From Octopus sinensis (lineage: Eukaryota), in NCBI RefSeq assembly GCF_006345805.1, contig NC_043015.1:38440001-38504000 (forward strand): a stretch of 64,000 nucleotides of DNA, given 5' to 3'. Of this stretch, positions 36,295 through 51,261 are shown piece by piece. The first letter of the stretch is position 1. Every line of letters starts with the position of its first letter. The position numbers and the translations under genes are program-made. The notes under the pieces are model-generated. The model ran no database searches and was not told the DNA's origin. It was given only the letters and a program-made list of their open reading frames with translations.

Positions 36295-37649
36295 TCTACA
36301 ACACTCTCCAGGTATCTATGGTAACTGAAAAACCACAGATGCTATAATTATGTTTGTTCATGGATATCTTTATATAAAATCAATAATGAAATAAATGAAA
36401 TTCAAGAGACTTGTCGTGTTTGTTTTTTTGTGTTCTTTCTCCTTTATGTGACCTTGTGGCTTTATGGTTTAGATGTTCTTCTGAGAAGAAGTTTGGTTGT
36501 GTGTCAGTGAATATACAAAGAGATAAGTGCAGGGATGAAATTTGTTTCATGGATTTTTGTTTTGCAAGTTACTTGGTGACCCTGTCAGTGCAGGTGCCAC
36601 TTAAAATGCATCCAGTCCACACAGTAATGTGGTTGATGTTAGGAAGGGTATCCAGTTGTAAAAACCTTGCCAAAACAGACACAGAAGTCTGGTGCAGGTT
36701 TCTGCCTGATGACTGGCTCCTGTCAAACCGTCCCACCCATGCCAGCATGGAAGGCAGATGTTAAATGATGATGATAATGATGCAAGTCCAGGCCCAAAAT
36801 TTTTTATGAAGTCAATTTAAAAAAAATCTTGGTATCAAAATAAACACAGGCATAATAATAATAATAATGATAATAATAATAATAATAATTGTAGTAGTAG
36901 TAATAATAATAATAATAATAATAATTGTAGTAGTAGTAATAATAATAATAATAATATTTTAAAAGGATTGATGTAACTCTTCACAAAGGCAAACAGACAA
37001 GATGAAGAGCATGATGCGATTGCCATAAACATTTCATTGGTTGAACGATATTTCGACAGCAAGCCTGTCTTTGTCAAGTTCAAAATGAAAAGTGATAAAA
37101 ATTCAAAATTATAGAAATTCAAATCTAAAGTCTGAACGAGAGCAACCAGCGTCCACATGTTGATGGAATGACATCATCAGTCTTTAAGATTCAATTTTAT
37201 AACAGGCGAAAAGAAAAAGACAGAAAAAAAGAAAAAAAAAAGGAAAAAGAATATTTAATCAAACAGTTTTGTATAAATTTAGATGATATTCTCCTGTCAT
37301 TTTATTCATTCCTCGTGCTCTTCATCTTGACGAATGATAATAATAATAATAATTACTATTATGTTTGTACATCAATTTATCTAGATAAATCCAATAATGG
37401 AAAAGTAATGTTTCAAATCAGTCCAAAAATGTTTCGAAACTCATTCATTTTGGCAATGAAGTTGTTTAAGAGGCTGTTCAAAGCAATTTCATTGCCACCC
37501 TTAAATTTTAGCGGGTGTGCTTACACCTCTGCACCCCATGTTTCCAGCCCTCTCTGCTAAGAGAATGAAAAAATTCATTGAATAGATATTTACTCTCTGA
37601 TTGGCTAAAATTTTGATGGGTCAAAATTTCTGATTGGCAAAAATATGGA

Positions 37650-38030
37650 AGCACTCCGTCGGTTACGACGATGAGGGTTCCAGTTGATCTGAATCAATGG
37701 AACAGCCTGCTCGTGAAATTAACATGTAAGTGGCTGAGCACTCCACAGACATGTGTACCCTTAACGTAGTTCTCGGGGATATTCAGCGTGATACAGAGAG
37801 TGACAAGGCTGGCCCTTTGAAATACAGGTACAACAGAAACAGGAAGTAAGAGTGAGTGAAAGTTGTGGTGAAAGAGTACAACAGGGATCACCACCACCCC
37901 CTCCCGGAGCCTCGTGGAGCTTTTAGGTGTTTTCACTCAATAAACACTCACAATGCCCGGTCTGGGAATCGAAACCGCGATCCTACGACCGCGAGTCCGC
38001 TGCCCTAACCACTGGGCCATTGCGCCTCCA
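37650..38030 (-). mobile_element. tRNA-derived SINE (tggaggcgcaatggcccagtggttagggcagc... head)
   Basis: tRNA-like head with A/B boxes followed by a ~300-bp body. A related 3' part occurs at 59090-59260. Confidence 0.75.
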
Positions 38031-38855
38031 CTGGCAAAAATAAGCACATATGACATTGATCAATTTCAAATGGCCACAATGTAGAACCAGACAAATTGAC
38101 TGTGAGATCAAATTTCTGATTTGATAAAATAACACACACGACAATGCTGAAACTAAAGTTATTGTCTCCATAAAATTGCTACATGTTTACTCCATTGTGA
38201 ATTGTCTCTATAGGTGGCAAGCTGGCAGAAACATTAGCATGCCAGGCAAAATGCTGAGCGGTATTTCGTCTGCCGCTACATTCTGAGTTCAAATTCTGCT
38301 GAGGTTGACTTTGCCTTTCATCCTTTCAGGGTCGATTAAATAAGTACCAGTTACGCACTGGGGTCGATATAATCGACTTAATCCGTTTGTCTGTCCTTGT
38401 TTGTCCTCTATGTGTTTAGCCCCTTGTGGGTAGTAAAGAAATAGGTATTTCGTTTTATCTTTACATTCTGAGTTCAAATTCCGCCAAGGTCAACTTTGCC
38501 TTTCATCCTTTCAGGGTCGATAAATTAAGTACCAGTTGCATACTCGGGTCGATCTAATCAACTGGCCCCCACCCCAAAAATTTTGGGCCTGGTGCCCCGA
38601 GTAGAAAAAATAATTGTGAATTGTCTCCCCATACACTTCCCCTCCCCCATCTCCTGCTCCTCCTTGCAAACCCCCACCCATACACATTCCCAGTTCCTCT
38701 GTCCCCACTTCTACTCACATCATGCCTTCAGGAGCCACCTGGACACCCCATCACTATCTCCTTGCACCTCCTACTGACCATTCTCGCAAGCCCTCAAATC
38801 ATCTCAACCTTCTCACTCACCATTTGTCTCTTACTCTCCTCATCTGCTACGCCTG

Positions 38856-38881
38856 CCTCTCTCTCTTTCTCTCTCTCCCTC

Positions 38882-38912
<31 letters not shown>

Positions 38913-38963
38913 CTCCCTCTCTCTCTCTCACTCTCTCCCTCTCTCTTTCTCTCTCTCTCTTTC

Positions 38964-38995
<32 letters not shown>

Positions 38996-39258
38996 ACTCT
39001 TTCTCTCTCTCTCCCTCTTTCTCTCTCTCTCTTTCTCTCTTTCTCTCTTTCTCTCTCTCTCTCTCTCACTCTTTCTTCTCTCTCTCTCCTCTTCTCTCTC
39101 TCTCTTCTTTCTCTCTTTCTCTCTTTCTCTCTCTCTCTCTCTCACTCTTTCTCTCTCTCTCTCTCCCTCTTTCTCTCTCTCTCTTTCTCTCTTTCTCTCT
39201 CTCTCTCTCACTCTTTCCTCTTCTCCTCTCCTCCCCTTTCTCTCTCTCTCTTTCTCTC

Positions 39259-39308
<50 letters not shown>
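38856..39308. repeat. (CT)n polypyrimidine tract ~450 bp
   Basis: Seen directly. Confidence 0.95.
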
Positions 39309-39312
<4 letters not shown>

Positions 39313-42044
39313 TGTCAGCAGTCATGGGACTTCTCAACTCCTCAACAACAAAAACCTTTTCTGCCCATTTAATCTTTCTCATCGGTACAGGTGTGGTTCC
39401 ATAGGTAAAAAGCTTGCTTCCCAGCTATGTATCTTGGGTTCAATCCCACTGCACAGCAGCTTGGAGAAGTTTCTTCTGCTAAAGCATTGGGCTGACCAAA
39501 GCCTTGTGGGAGAATTTGTAGTTGGAAGAGGAAAGGAGCTCATCGCACACACGCACACACGCACACACGCACACACGCACACACACACACACACACATAT
39601 ACAAGCCATATGTATGTATGTGCGTGTGTGTGAGTGTGTGTATGTGCATCATCATCATCATCATCATCGTTTAACGTCCGCTTTCCATGCTGGCATGGGT
39701 TGGACGAATGACTGAGGGCTGGCAACCAGATGGCTGCACCAGGCTCCAATCTTGATTTGGCAGAGTTTCTACAGCTGGATGCCCTTCCTAACGCCAACCA
39801 CTCCGAGAGTGTAGTGGGTGCTTTTACATGCCACACCGGCACGAGGGCCAGTCAGGCGGTTCTGGCAACGGCCATGCTCAAAAGGTGTTTTGTTACGTGC
39901 CACCCGCAGAGGAGCCAGTCCAGCGGCACTGGCAACAACCTCGAATGTTTTTCACGTGCCACTGGCACAAGTGCCAGTAAGGCGATGTGTGTGTATTTAT
40001 ATATGTGTATGTATGTGTGTTGCTTGTGTGTTTTTGTGTGTACCCTTGTCTTACCATTTATAGAATGGTTGTAAGTGAGCAACATTGCCGTAGAAGCCAA
40101 GTTGTTTGCTTCCGGTCTGGCAATGGGGAAAATATTCCCTTGCTTGGAAACAGGTGAGCGTGCATCAGTTGAAAACCTCCCTCAGCAAATTCTGTCTGAC
40201 TTGTGCAAGCATAGACAATTCGATGTTAAAATGAGGATAATTGTCCACTGTATTGTGAGTTATTTGGCCATTGTAAAACTCTGAACAAGTGTTTGTTGCT
40301 ATAGAAATTGTCTGTATTCTTGTCTGCTGAAGGTCACCCGATGCTAAATAATAACTTTTTGAAATGTGAGAACATTTTTATAAACAAACTTTGAAATATG
40401 AAGTTAGTGGCCTATTTTTAGAAGTTCAGAAAATCTCAAACACAGAAGGTAACCTAAACAAAACATATTTCATTTAAAGATCTGCATTTTAATTATGTGT
40501 TGTTGCACTCACAATCGTAAGATCAAGGTTTCAATTTCCAGGCTGGTCACACATTGTGTTCTTGAGCAAAGCATTTCATTTCCTGTCGCTTCGGTCCATT
40601 TAGCTGTAAACGAGTCACCCAAGAAAGGCCCGACTATCCAATCAAGGGTAACATTGACCTGCTTGCCTAGCCAACAGGGTGGCAGCATTCAAAAGCTAAA
40701 ACGATGCAAAGCGCATTGTGACTAGCAATGTATAACATCCAATAGTCTGGTCAATCATGTGACCATGTGATGATGAAAGTACAAAGAGTTTATTGTAATT
40801 CTTGAGTATAATTAGTCCATGAGTGATTACCTTTCCCTGTATATTAACTAAAATTGTAATCAACATCATATTAATATAAGGCAGCAAGATGCCAGAAACA
40901 TTGACGTGCCGGACGAAATGCTTTGTAGTATTTTGCCTGTGTTTACATTTTCATAGGTGCAGGAGTGGCTGTGTGGTAAGTAGCTTGCTTACCAACCACA
41001 TGGTTCTGGGTTCAGTCTCACTGTATGGCACCTTGGGGAAGTATCTCCTACTGGTTACTGTTATTGGACTGTGGCCATGCTGGAGCACCACCTTGAGGGG
41101 TTTCGTTGAAGATACTGATTCCAGTATCTATATATCTGTCTGGAATTTATTTTATGGACTGACTTGTTTGTCAAATTGCTAAGTTAAACTGCTAGGTTAC
41201 AGGGCAAGAACAACTCCGGTAGTTGTCAAGTAAACATAAATGTAGATGCAGGAGTAGCTGTGTTCCGGGTTCAGTCCCACTGAGTGGCACCTTGGGCAAG
41301 TGTCTTCTACTATAGCCTCAGGCCGACCAAAGCTTTGTGAGTGGATTTGGTAGACGGAAACTGAAAGAAGCCCGTCGTATATATGTATATATATATATAT
41401 ATGTGTGTGTGTTTGTGTGTGTGTCTTTGTCCCTCAAATATTGCTTGACAACTGATGCTGGTGTGTTTACGTCCCCGCCTCTTAGCGGTTCAGCAAAAGA
41501 GACTGATAGAATAATTACTAGGCTTACAAAGAATAAGTCCAGGGGTCAATTTGCTCAACTAAAGGTGGTGCTCCAGCATGGCCACAGTCAAATGACCGAA
41601 ATAAGTAAAACGAGTAAGAGAAAAAAGAGTATGCACATATTTGCACTACATACCCGCACACACATGCACATACACACACACATACACTCACACACACACA
41701 CACACATACTTTATGACAGGATTCCACACAGTTTCTGTCAAGCCAATTTCACTCTAAAGATATGGTTTCATCTGAAGTTATAACAGAAGACAATTGACCA
41801 AAGTGCCATGCAATAGAACTGAACCTGAACACATATGATTACACAGAGACCTTCATAACCACACAACCACACCATCACATAAAGAGGAGAAAGAACACAA
41901 AACAAACAAACAAGAAAGTCTCCCTCTCTCTCTAATTTACTTTTATTTCAATATTAATTTCATAAAATACAACTGTGATAAAACATGATTATTATAACAT
42001 CTGTGGTCTTTCAGTTACCATATATACTTGGAGAGAGGTGTAGA

Positions 42045-45000
42045 CTATCCCTGAAAGACAGCAGCTGCTTTACCCTTTGCCCCCAACTCGGTAACCTTGA
42101 ACACACTTCCAGCAAGCTTCTCTTCATTTTGCAACTGATTCTGCGTCAAACGGCTGGCACTCGATGTCACGTAGAGTTCATCGTAGTTTGGACCTCCGAA
42201 ACAACAGGAAGTGACTTGACGTGTAGGAAACTTGACTGATTTGAGAATTTTACCTGAAATTGTTTTTAAAATTGAAACAAAGAATTAAAAGGATATTTTA
42301 TTTTTGAAATTTTCTTTTGCAAGAATTCTGACCTGCAGCCTTGAATTGTATTTCAAGTAAGTCATAAAAATAAATAAATGCGCCCTTTTAAAGGCTACCC
42401 AGGCTCATGAGCCCGGTTTCCTGGTTTCAATGACATATGTGTTCCCCAGCTGGACGGGACGCCAGTCCATCACAGCGTTACTCATTTTTGCGAGCTGAGT
42501 GGACTGGAGCAACGTGAAATGAAGTATCTTGCTCAAGAACACAACGCATCACCCGGTCCAGGAATCGAAACCACAATCTTACGATCATGAGTCCAACAAC
42601 CTAACCACTAAACCACACGCCTCCACCAAGTAAGTCATACTAATTACAAAACCGGTAAACACTGGGCCTCTTCAGTTTTTGATTAAATTCCCAGAAATCT
42701 TTCCATTTCTATTTTGCTTTTTGATGGGTTTCATTTACTCTCTCTCTTTTACTCTTTACTCTTTTACTTTCTTCAGTCATTTGACTGCGGCCATGCATTT
42801 GACTGCGGCCTTTAGTCGAGCAAATTGACCCCGGGACTTATTCTTTGTAAGCCCAGTACTTATTCTATCGGTCTCTTTTGCCGAACCGCTAAGTGACAGA
42901 GACATAAACACATCAGCATCGGTTGTCAAGCAATGCTAGGGGGACAAACACAGACACACAAACACATACACACACATACATATATACATATATACGACAG
43001 GCTTCTTTTAGTTTCCGTCTACCAAATACACTCACAAGGCATTGGTCGGCCCGGGGCTATAGCAGAATGCACTTGCCCAAGATGCCACGCAGTGGGACTG
43101 AACCCGGAACCATGTGGTTGATAAACAAGCTACTTACCACACAGCCACTCCTGTGCCTAATTTATTCAACTAATTTTTTTTTTGTCTGTTATCACGTTGT
43201 CAAGTCTCTTCTCTATGTTAAACATGTCCACACATTGTTTTGCCGTTGAATCAACTTGCATTGGTTTTATTTGTATTTTATTTGTATTTCATTTCATTTG
43301 ACTGTTTTTGTTGTTGCCAACATAAGAACATAAGTATTTATTTTATGATTATAGAATGTGATGTGACGGAGATATTGTTGTTATTTTTGTTGGATAAAAT
43401 GACCCTGAGAAATCGAGGTTTTTTTGTCTTGTGTCACACGGTTTTTGAGTAAAGAAATAAAACATTTCATACCTGTTTCTGGATCAATCTGGAACACTTT
43501 GCCACTAGAGAAGCAAGCCAGCCATATCTTGTCATTTAAATCAATTGTCATTCCATCTGGCATCCCAAATTCGTGGAGTTCTTTGCCTTCAAAATCGATA
43601 ACCACTTGTTCTCTGGCTAAAGAAGGAAACGGAGAATATTTATTGTTAAAACGAAATATTTCCATAACAAAAGTGGAAGAATTATTTCAAGAATAAATAA
43701 TTGTAAATACAACAGAATTAATTTTAATGAATTCAATTAAATTTTATTAAGTTTTTGTGATAGAGTAGCAGACAAAAACAGCTTGTGCTATTTTGAAACT
43801 TGCTTTTAGGTTTTTAACCAAAATCCCTGCTTAGATCTTTACCAATATCTAATTTAAAAAAACACTTAAGATGGATAATACTTACAGATCTCTCCTGTGG
43901 TTATATCATAGTCATAAGAAAACACTTTTCTTGGAAGAGTATGGTTGTAGAACATGGTTTTGTCATCTGCTGTCCACGCTATGCCATTAGATATATTGAT
44001 CTTGTCTTTGATGGCTTTAATCGAGAGATCTTTATCAATTCGATAAAGATGTCCAGCTTCAGTTATTTCAAGTTTGTCCCCGATTTTCTTCATTGTGCCT
44101 AAAATTAGGAAAGTTGAAAAAGAAAAATGGTAACATTTTCTGAAAATCTTGGAAGTGCACAAATATTTTGTGTCTGGTTAATCATTGATTAATGGAAGCA
44201 GGCAAGGAATTACAAAAGGGTGACATTCTGGAAGGGGTCAGAGAAAAGGTTAATGTGGAACTGGGGTCTGAGACATTAAGGGTAATGAAAAGTGATTTGT
44301 GTGGGCCTGAAATGGCAGGACACTAACCAACAAGCAAACCAGAGCTGAGGAACCAAGGAATCTGCAGTAACAGTATGAAATGGCAAAGTGAGAAGATAAC
44401 ACATTAGTGGCATCAAGTTTGGAATGTTTTGATGAGAAAATAACATTAAAGGAATTTGTAACTAAATACCAATTAGATACTAAAGTGGTCATTTAATGGT
44501 CTACTTTAATAGGCAGTGATGGGTAGAGTTCTGATAAGATAGAGTTCAGAGATATTCATGTACATAAAGTGGGTAGAGTCCAGCAAATGGAGTCTTTCTT
44601 TCCTTTCAGACTTTTTAAATGATTTTGAGGCTGAATATTTTGACATGATAGGTGAAGAAGAAATCACCATTTATCAATGGACGATTTGACTGAGGACTGG
44701 TGAACCAGATGGCTGCACCAGGTTCCAATCTTGATCTGGTAGAGTTTCTACAGCTGGATGCCCTTCCTAATGCCAACCACTCTGAGAGTGTAGTGGGTGC
44801 TTTTTACGTGCCAGTGACACGAGGGCTGTTGTTGTTATATATATATAATGTATTGAGTATTAAAGGAAGTAGTGAGTACTTAGTATGAAAGATTAAGAAA
44901 ATGAGAGAGACTGAAACAACATGTTAACGATACAAGATACTTTATTCGACTGCCGTTGTTGTACAAGTTAATTGTTTTGGCGGGAAACAAAGTGAAAGTC

Positions 45001-46197
45001 CTTTTATCAAGGGAGACAATGGGCGACGTTGATTGTTCATGTTTGTTGTGATGATTATATAACAAGGGCCAGTCAGGTGATATTGGCAGTGGCCTTGCTC
45101 AAATGGTGTTTTTTTACGTGCCACCTGCACAGGAGCCAATCCGGCGGCACTAGCAACAACCTCACTCGAATGTTTTTTCACGTGCCACCGGCACAAGTGC
45201 CAGTAAGGCGACACTGGTTACGATCACGCTTGAATGGTGCCTCTATATTTAAATACAATGTTATTTCAAATAATAATATAAGTAAACATCATTAAATATT
45301 AACACCTTGGACTTTGGAGCTAAGCCAAAAAATGCTTGTTCTTGTATGGAAATTAAAAAGCAAAGCAAAAAACTGTTTATTTGTTTGAAAGCTAACCAGA
45401 CTTGGATTAAAATAATAAAGTACATGAAACAAAATACAAGTTTTCTCACAGATAAACAATGAAATACAAACCTGTCCACAGTCTGCCATAACTGTCACAT
45501 TTACCATCGTTGAATACATTTTCTGGTTTATCGGATTCTACTGAGATTAAAGGTTTTAATTCTTGACTCTCCCAGTCAAAACCAGCAAGGTGGGCTGAAT
45601 GGGTAACGATGTAACCACCAGACTCTCGAGGAATGATGAAGCTTGCATATCCATCTACTAAATTTGACACAAACAAGAGAAGATGAAAATATTTTGGGAT
45701 GGAAACACCACGTATAACTTCATACACACACACACATTTGCATGCACACACACATACACCAGTAAAGTCGAGCACTCTCAAAGAAACGCAAATATAGGGT
45801 CATCCCCTCACCCCGATGCAAACCACACAAATACACACACAAATACACACACCAATACAAACTGCGTACACACGTATGCTCATATGTTTCTGAAATCAGA
45901 AATATAATATAGCTAATTAATCTTTCGTTAATTTACTAAAATTATCTTTCCGTTTTGTTGAAACTGATATACAATACTCACCCGCACTCACACACACACA
46001 CAGATATTGCAGAATGTCTTATACAGAAACACATACACACACACACACATGCCCATACACACAACTGACCAAGGTGAGTGTCCTGTACTACGTTTTCTGT
46101 GGCTGTAATTACTTACCTCATTTCATAGCTTTTATCTTATCTCTCATTCTTTTATTTGTTAATGAATTTACTTATTAATCTACTTATTTACAATTTA

Positions 46198-46234
<37 letters not shown>

Positions 46235-46356
46235 ACACACACACACACTCTCATATGTACGCAACATAAAAACATATACATACACTTACCATCAAGGGAA
46301 TCTGACATCAACCATTTGTCAAATCTACCATAATTAGCCTTCAACACACACACACA

Positions 46357-46387
<31 letters not shown>

Positions 46388-49300
46388 TAACGAGTGGTAC
46401 CCAACATACTCAACTCCCCAGGGTGCTTGGAACTTCTATGATGCCTGCACTTACCTGAATCCATTCTTTATATATTTGTTGGTCCCATGAAACAGACGAG
46501 TTTTCCAAAAGGCCTTTTGCTCTGAATAAACACGGTCACACATTTTAAGCCTTTCGGCAAAGGGCACATGGCCTGCAATTTCAGGGATGAGGCATAATCG
46601 ATTGTATTGATCCCAGTGCTTGCCTGGTATTTATTTCATTGATTCCAAATGAATGAAAGGCAAAGCTGACCTTGGTGGGATTTGAACTCAGAACAGTAAG
46701 ACAAACAAACTGCCACCAAGCATTGTGTCTGCCACGCTAACGATTCTGCCAGCTTCTTCTGTACGCTCTATATAACCTGTATAATACAGGTATATAATAT
46801 ATATAATGTATATAATATATATAATATATATAATATATATAATACATAATAATACATGTATATAATATATATAATGTATATAATATATATAATGTATATA
46901 ATATATATAATATATATATAATGTATATAATATATATAATACATAATAATACATGTATATAATATATATTATGTATATAATATATATAAAATATATATAT
47001 AATGTATATAATATATATAATATATATAATACATAATAATACATGTATATAATATATATAATGTATATAATATATATAAAATATATATTTAATGTATATA
47101 ATATATATAATATATATATAATGTATATAATGTATATAATATATATAATACATAATAATACATGTATATAATATATATAATGTATATAATATATATAATA
47201 TATATAATATATATATAATGTATATAATATATATAATATATAATAAATATAATACATAATAATACATGTATATAATGTATATAATATGAATAATATATAA
47301 TATATATAATACATAATAATATAGGCATAGGAGTGGCTGTGTGGTAAGTAGCTTGCTTCCCGACCACATGGTTCCGGGTTCAGTCCCACTCCGTGGCACC
47401 TTGGGCAGGTGTCTTCTACTATAGCATTGGGCCAACCAAAGCCTTGTGAGTGTATTTGGTAGACGGAAACTGAAAGCAGCTCATTGTGTGTCTGTGTGTG
47501 TATATATACATGTATGTGTGTGTATATGTTTGTGTGTGTGTGTTTGTCCCCCCAACATCGCTTGACAACCAATGCTGATGTGTTTACGCCCCCGTAACTT
47601 AGCGGTTTGGCAAAAGAGACCGATAGAATAAGTACTAGGCTTACAAAGAATAAGTCCTTGAGTCGATTTGCTTGACTAGAAGCGGTGCTCCAGCATGGCC
47701 ACAGTCAAAGTGACTGAAACAAGTAAAAGAGTAAAGAGTATATAATATATAATATAATTTTACCCTCAATTGTTGAAATTATAATTCATCTCTCTCTATT
47801 TAATGCCTCGGATTTTACCGAAAAAAGCATAGTGTTTACTGATTTTAACCCACGCTGGTGGAAAGGGGAGAGCAGAAATTCTTCGCTTGCATATTTGAGT
47901 TTGCTGGCACTGTTAGTTTCGAGCAGATCTTCAGAAGCGATAAGAAGCCGAAAGGGTATGCTCCCACTTTCAGTGTTTTCAAATCCAAACCAAGGAGTTC
48001 TGAGCTGATGATAGAAATGTCGAGTTGACTGATCTTGAAACGTACGTTCTCAAATAACCTTTGCATTTGATTTTTTAATGTCTTTACCCCCATACTTTCG
48101 TGAGTTGAATTGAGCAAACACTATATGAGAGAGGTTTTCTTTAAGTATTAGAAATAGTTTTAAAAAAGTTTTTTTAGCTACTATTTCTAATGAGTTCAGT
48201 ATGCGGCAAAGTAATTTATTTTACTAAGCCCTTTTATATAATGTAATAATTTGATAATATATATAATGTATATAATGTAGATAATGTATATAATGTATAT
48301 AATATATATAATACATGCATTCAGATCTCCAAGCTTTATACTGATATTGTTCTGTAGGGGCAGGGAACAAAAGTGATGCATTGTTGTGGAGGTCAGCTGC
48401 TGCCCAGCAGATGTGAATGTTTAACCCTTTTGTTACCAACCTGGCTGAAACCATTTCTGGTTCTGTAGTACAAATGTCTTGTTTTCATAAGTTCTGAATT
48501 AAAATTTTCCATCAAACCTTGGTCACAATTTATGTTCCTAATGATAACTAAGTTTTTTTACTAAATTATGTTCCTAATGATAACTAAGTTTTTTTACTAA
48601 ATTATTTGTTATATTTAAAGTAATTGAAAGAAACACAGAGCATCTCAAAATAAATACAGTAACGAAAGGGTTAAGCTAAAATCTAAGAAAAAGAGAACAT
48701 TTATGGTGAGTTAATTCAGAACTTACAGCACTTGTATCATCATCATCATCGTTTAACGTCCGCTTTCCATGCTAGCATGGGTTGGACGATTTTGACTGAG
48801 GTCTGGTGAACCAGATGGCTGCACCAGGCTCCAATCTTGATCTGGTAGAGTTTCTACAGCTGGATACCCTTCCTAATGCCAACCACTCCAAGAATGTAGT
48901 GGGTGCTTTTATGTGCCACCGGCATGGGGCCAGTCAGGCGGTACTGGCAATGACCTCGCTCGAATCTTTTACACATGCCACCAGCACAGGTGCCAGTAAG
49001 GCGATGCTGGTAACGATAATGCTCGAATGGTGTCTTTCACGTGCCACCGGCCCGGAGGCCAGATAGCCACTGGCTATAAATTCCCATCTGTACCTGTCAT
49101 CATAGGTGCGCTAGGTTATGTACCAACAAATTTACGAAAAAACCTAGAAATACTCAGTTTTCTGGAGAAAGAGGAAAAAAACCTGATGCCAATTCTTCGA
49201 AACCAATCTATTCGTGGCACAGTGAGGATTTGTAAGACATTTTAAAAATGTTCCGTCTGAGATTCTTATGTGAATAGATGCACACACTTGGTTGTGTGCA

Positions 49301-49655
49301 TTGGCAGTTCAACCAACACACAAACTCAACCATAGATTTACAAACGCCTGGAACTTTCTTAACTCAAAAAGTCTTGTCACTTTGTAAGTGAGTAGCTTGA
49401 ACTCTCCCAAGAAGAACTGAAATTTAAAACACACACACACACACACACACACACATGCACACACACATATGTACAAAAATACAGATATACATACATACCA
49501 GATTTAAACTTGGTGTGTGTGTAGTCAACAGAATTCCATTTATGTAAATATCCAATTTCTGCATCAACAAACAGCAAGGATTTGGTGCTTTCCTCCCAAT
49601 GTGGTCCTTCCGCAGATCTCTGGCAGACGTTCTTCAGGGCAACAGATACAGACAT
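42045..49655 (-). CDS. RGN: Regucalcin-like paralog D, 301 aa; complement(join(42045..42253,43473..43616,43886..44098,45472..45654,49499..49655))
   Basis: Same exon lengths and phases on the minus strand, GT..AG introns, open frame. Carries the NVFNDGKCD variant. Confidence 0.95.
42367..42626 (-). mobile_element. tRNA-derived SINE family 4, 13-bp TSD
   Basis: TSD caagtaagtcata at 42354-42366 and 42627-42639. A second copy lies at 57822-58066(-). Confidence 0.8.
44190..44660 (-). mobile_element. Degenerate CR1/L2-like LINE 3' relic
   Basis: The minus strand ends in a degenerate SFFPRT..LWNSLP-like segment and is heavily decayed. Confidence 0.4.
46790..47322. repeat. AT-rich degenerate minisatellite
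   Basis: Recurring aatacataataatacatgtatataatatatataatgtat units. Confidence 0.9.
48425..48670. mobile_element. piggyBac-type MITE
   Basis: TTAA|CCCTTTTGTTAC ... GTAACGAAAGGG|TTAA. Confidence 0.8.
49070..49370 (+). mobile_element. RLE-type non-LTR retrotransposon 3' fragment
   Basis: YKF.SVPVIIGALGYVP.NL.KNL..L.F.....L..QSIRGTVRICKTF*. Confidence 0.65.
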
Positions 49656-49711
49656 CGTGTCTCTAGAAGAAATGAAATCAAAAGAAGAAGAAGTGGAAGA
49701 AGAAGAAGAAG

Positions 49712-49742
<31 letters not shown>

Positions 49743-49757
49743 GGAAGAAGAAGATAC

Positions 49758-50390
49758 CTTTTGCTTGTGGTGATTTCGTAAGCGTTTGTTGTAGTGAATG
49801 TCTTTGTAGAGTTATTAAAGTACAGGATGGTGCGCGGTTCCTTCTGGTGAGTTGTCAGCTTTTATTAGATTCTGGCAGACAACATCACCAGATTTTAGTT
49901 GTTGATGAAAGAGACAAGAAGGACAATTGATGCCTTTGAAGACAGACAGACAGATAGATAGAGAGAGAGACAGAGAGGCAGAGAGAGAGAGACAGAGACA
50001 GAGAGAGGGAGCGGGTGGGACTGAGTTAGAGTATTAGTGTGATGGAGAGGAAGAATAAAGAGAGAATGAGTGAGAGGGAAAGTAAGAATAAAGAAGGAAG
50101 AGAAATGAACCGTACACAACACCTGATAAGGAAAGGATCTGCTAAAAACAACAGTGTGCATATTAATAGAGAGATAGTGTATGGCCAAAGGTCAGAATAC
50201 TTAAAGATAAAGGGAGGGGTGAGAGAGAGGGGGGAGGAGTGGGGATGAATAACAATTGTTTCTATTTGAAGCTGTGTTTGTTATAAACCTCGATATTTTC
50301 TGAAGATAATTTTCTCAAACTTTTGTGGGAATAGTGGAACGAATGCATTAATCGCTGAAAGGGTAAAGTTCACCTTGGCAGAATTTGAAT
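49758..50390 (-). promoter_or_regulatory. Putative promoter/non-coding first exon of paralog D; 95-nt (CTT)n-rich intron 49663-49757
   Basis: Minus strand caccacaagcaaaag|GTATCT is homologous to the A/B donors. DR1 TGGCCA-A-AGGTCA at 50182-50194 with an adjacent AGATAA. Confidence 0.5.
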
Positions 50391-50480
50391 TGGGGAGAGA
50401 GAGATAATAATAATAATAATAATGATAATAATAATAATAGTAATAATAATAATAATAATAATAATGATAATAATAATAAT

Positions 50481-50961
50481 TGTTTTGTCTTGGTATAAAA
50501 GATGGGCTACAGCAAATATTCTGCTCAATACCACAGATTTGCTTGTCAGTTGTTTGACCTTAACCAGTTGAGCATTTCCCTTAGTGGCTGACGATATGTG
50601 CATCTCTGATCACAAGCAGAAGTAGTGGGGGAGCATCATAGCCATGTGTTGAGAGGGATTCTTTGGGGTTTGAATAATTCACCTTTGGAAACATGGGTGG
50701 TTCTTTCAACATCCTTAAACAACCCTTATTCAGGGACCTTTTGAGCGGGATGGGCTACTCAACCTGAAGAAAATTCTAACTGGGCCCCACCTGCAAGGTC
50801 ATGTGCTGTTTATCTTGATATGAGATCACCATGTCGCGCACATATGGTTGTGATGCATGTGCCTGGTGTATCCTTATCAGACGAGTAGTCATGATGGGTA
50901 TATTGGGCTTCGTATATTTTACCCCAGTGTCACTTTGATGGCATGCACTGCTCTCTCACTC
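50481..50961. mobile_element. Dispersed repeat embedded in (AAT)n; longer copy at 63121-63685
   Basis: The two copies are highly similar over ~480 bp and both are bounded by (AAT)n. Confidence 0.7.
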
Positions 50962-51261
50962 AATAATAATAATAATAATAATAATAATGATAATAATAAT
51001 AAGCCACTGATGGAACGGCTCATGTTCTGAGAAGAGCACTATTGCTGTGAAAATAACATCTATCCATGAATTTATTTATTTATTAATTTTTAAATACATA
51101 TTTTATCTGTGAATTTGCACGTGTAATCTGGGAATGCATACAATGCCCTTCTCTGCCCTAGGTGTATGGAAAACACTCAGCGAGAAACGTAAGAAAATTT
51201 GAAGAAAGACGGAAAAAGATAATAATTAGCTTAATAATTAGCATAATAATAATTAGCATAA

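Noticed and set aside
37950-38030. tRNA-like sequence (also 11545-11615, 42545-42626)
   Set aside because: These are SINE heads that run into repeat bodies, with no complete cloverleaf or acceptor stem.
44880-45050. Possible decayed hammerhead repeat on the minus strand in intron 2 of D
   Set aside because: Too many core mismatches to support.
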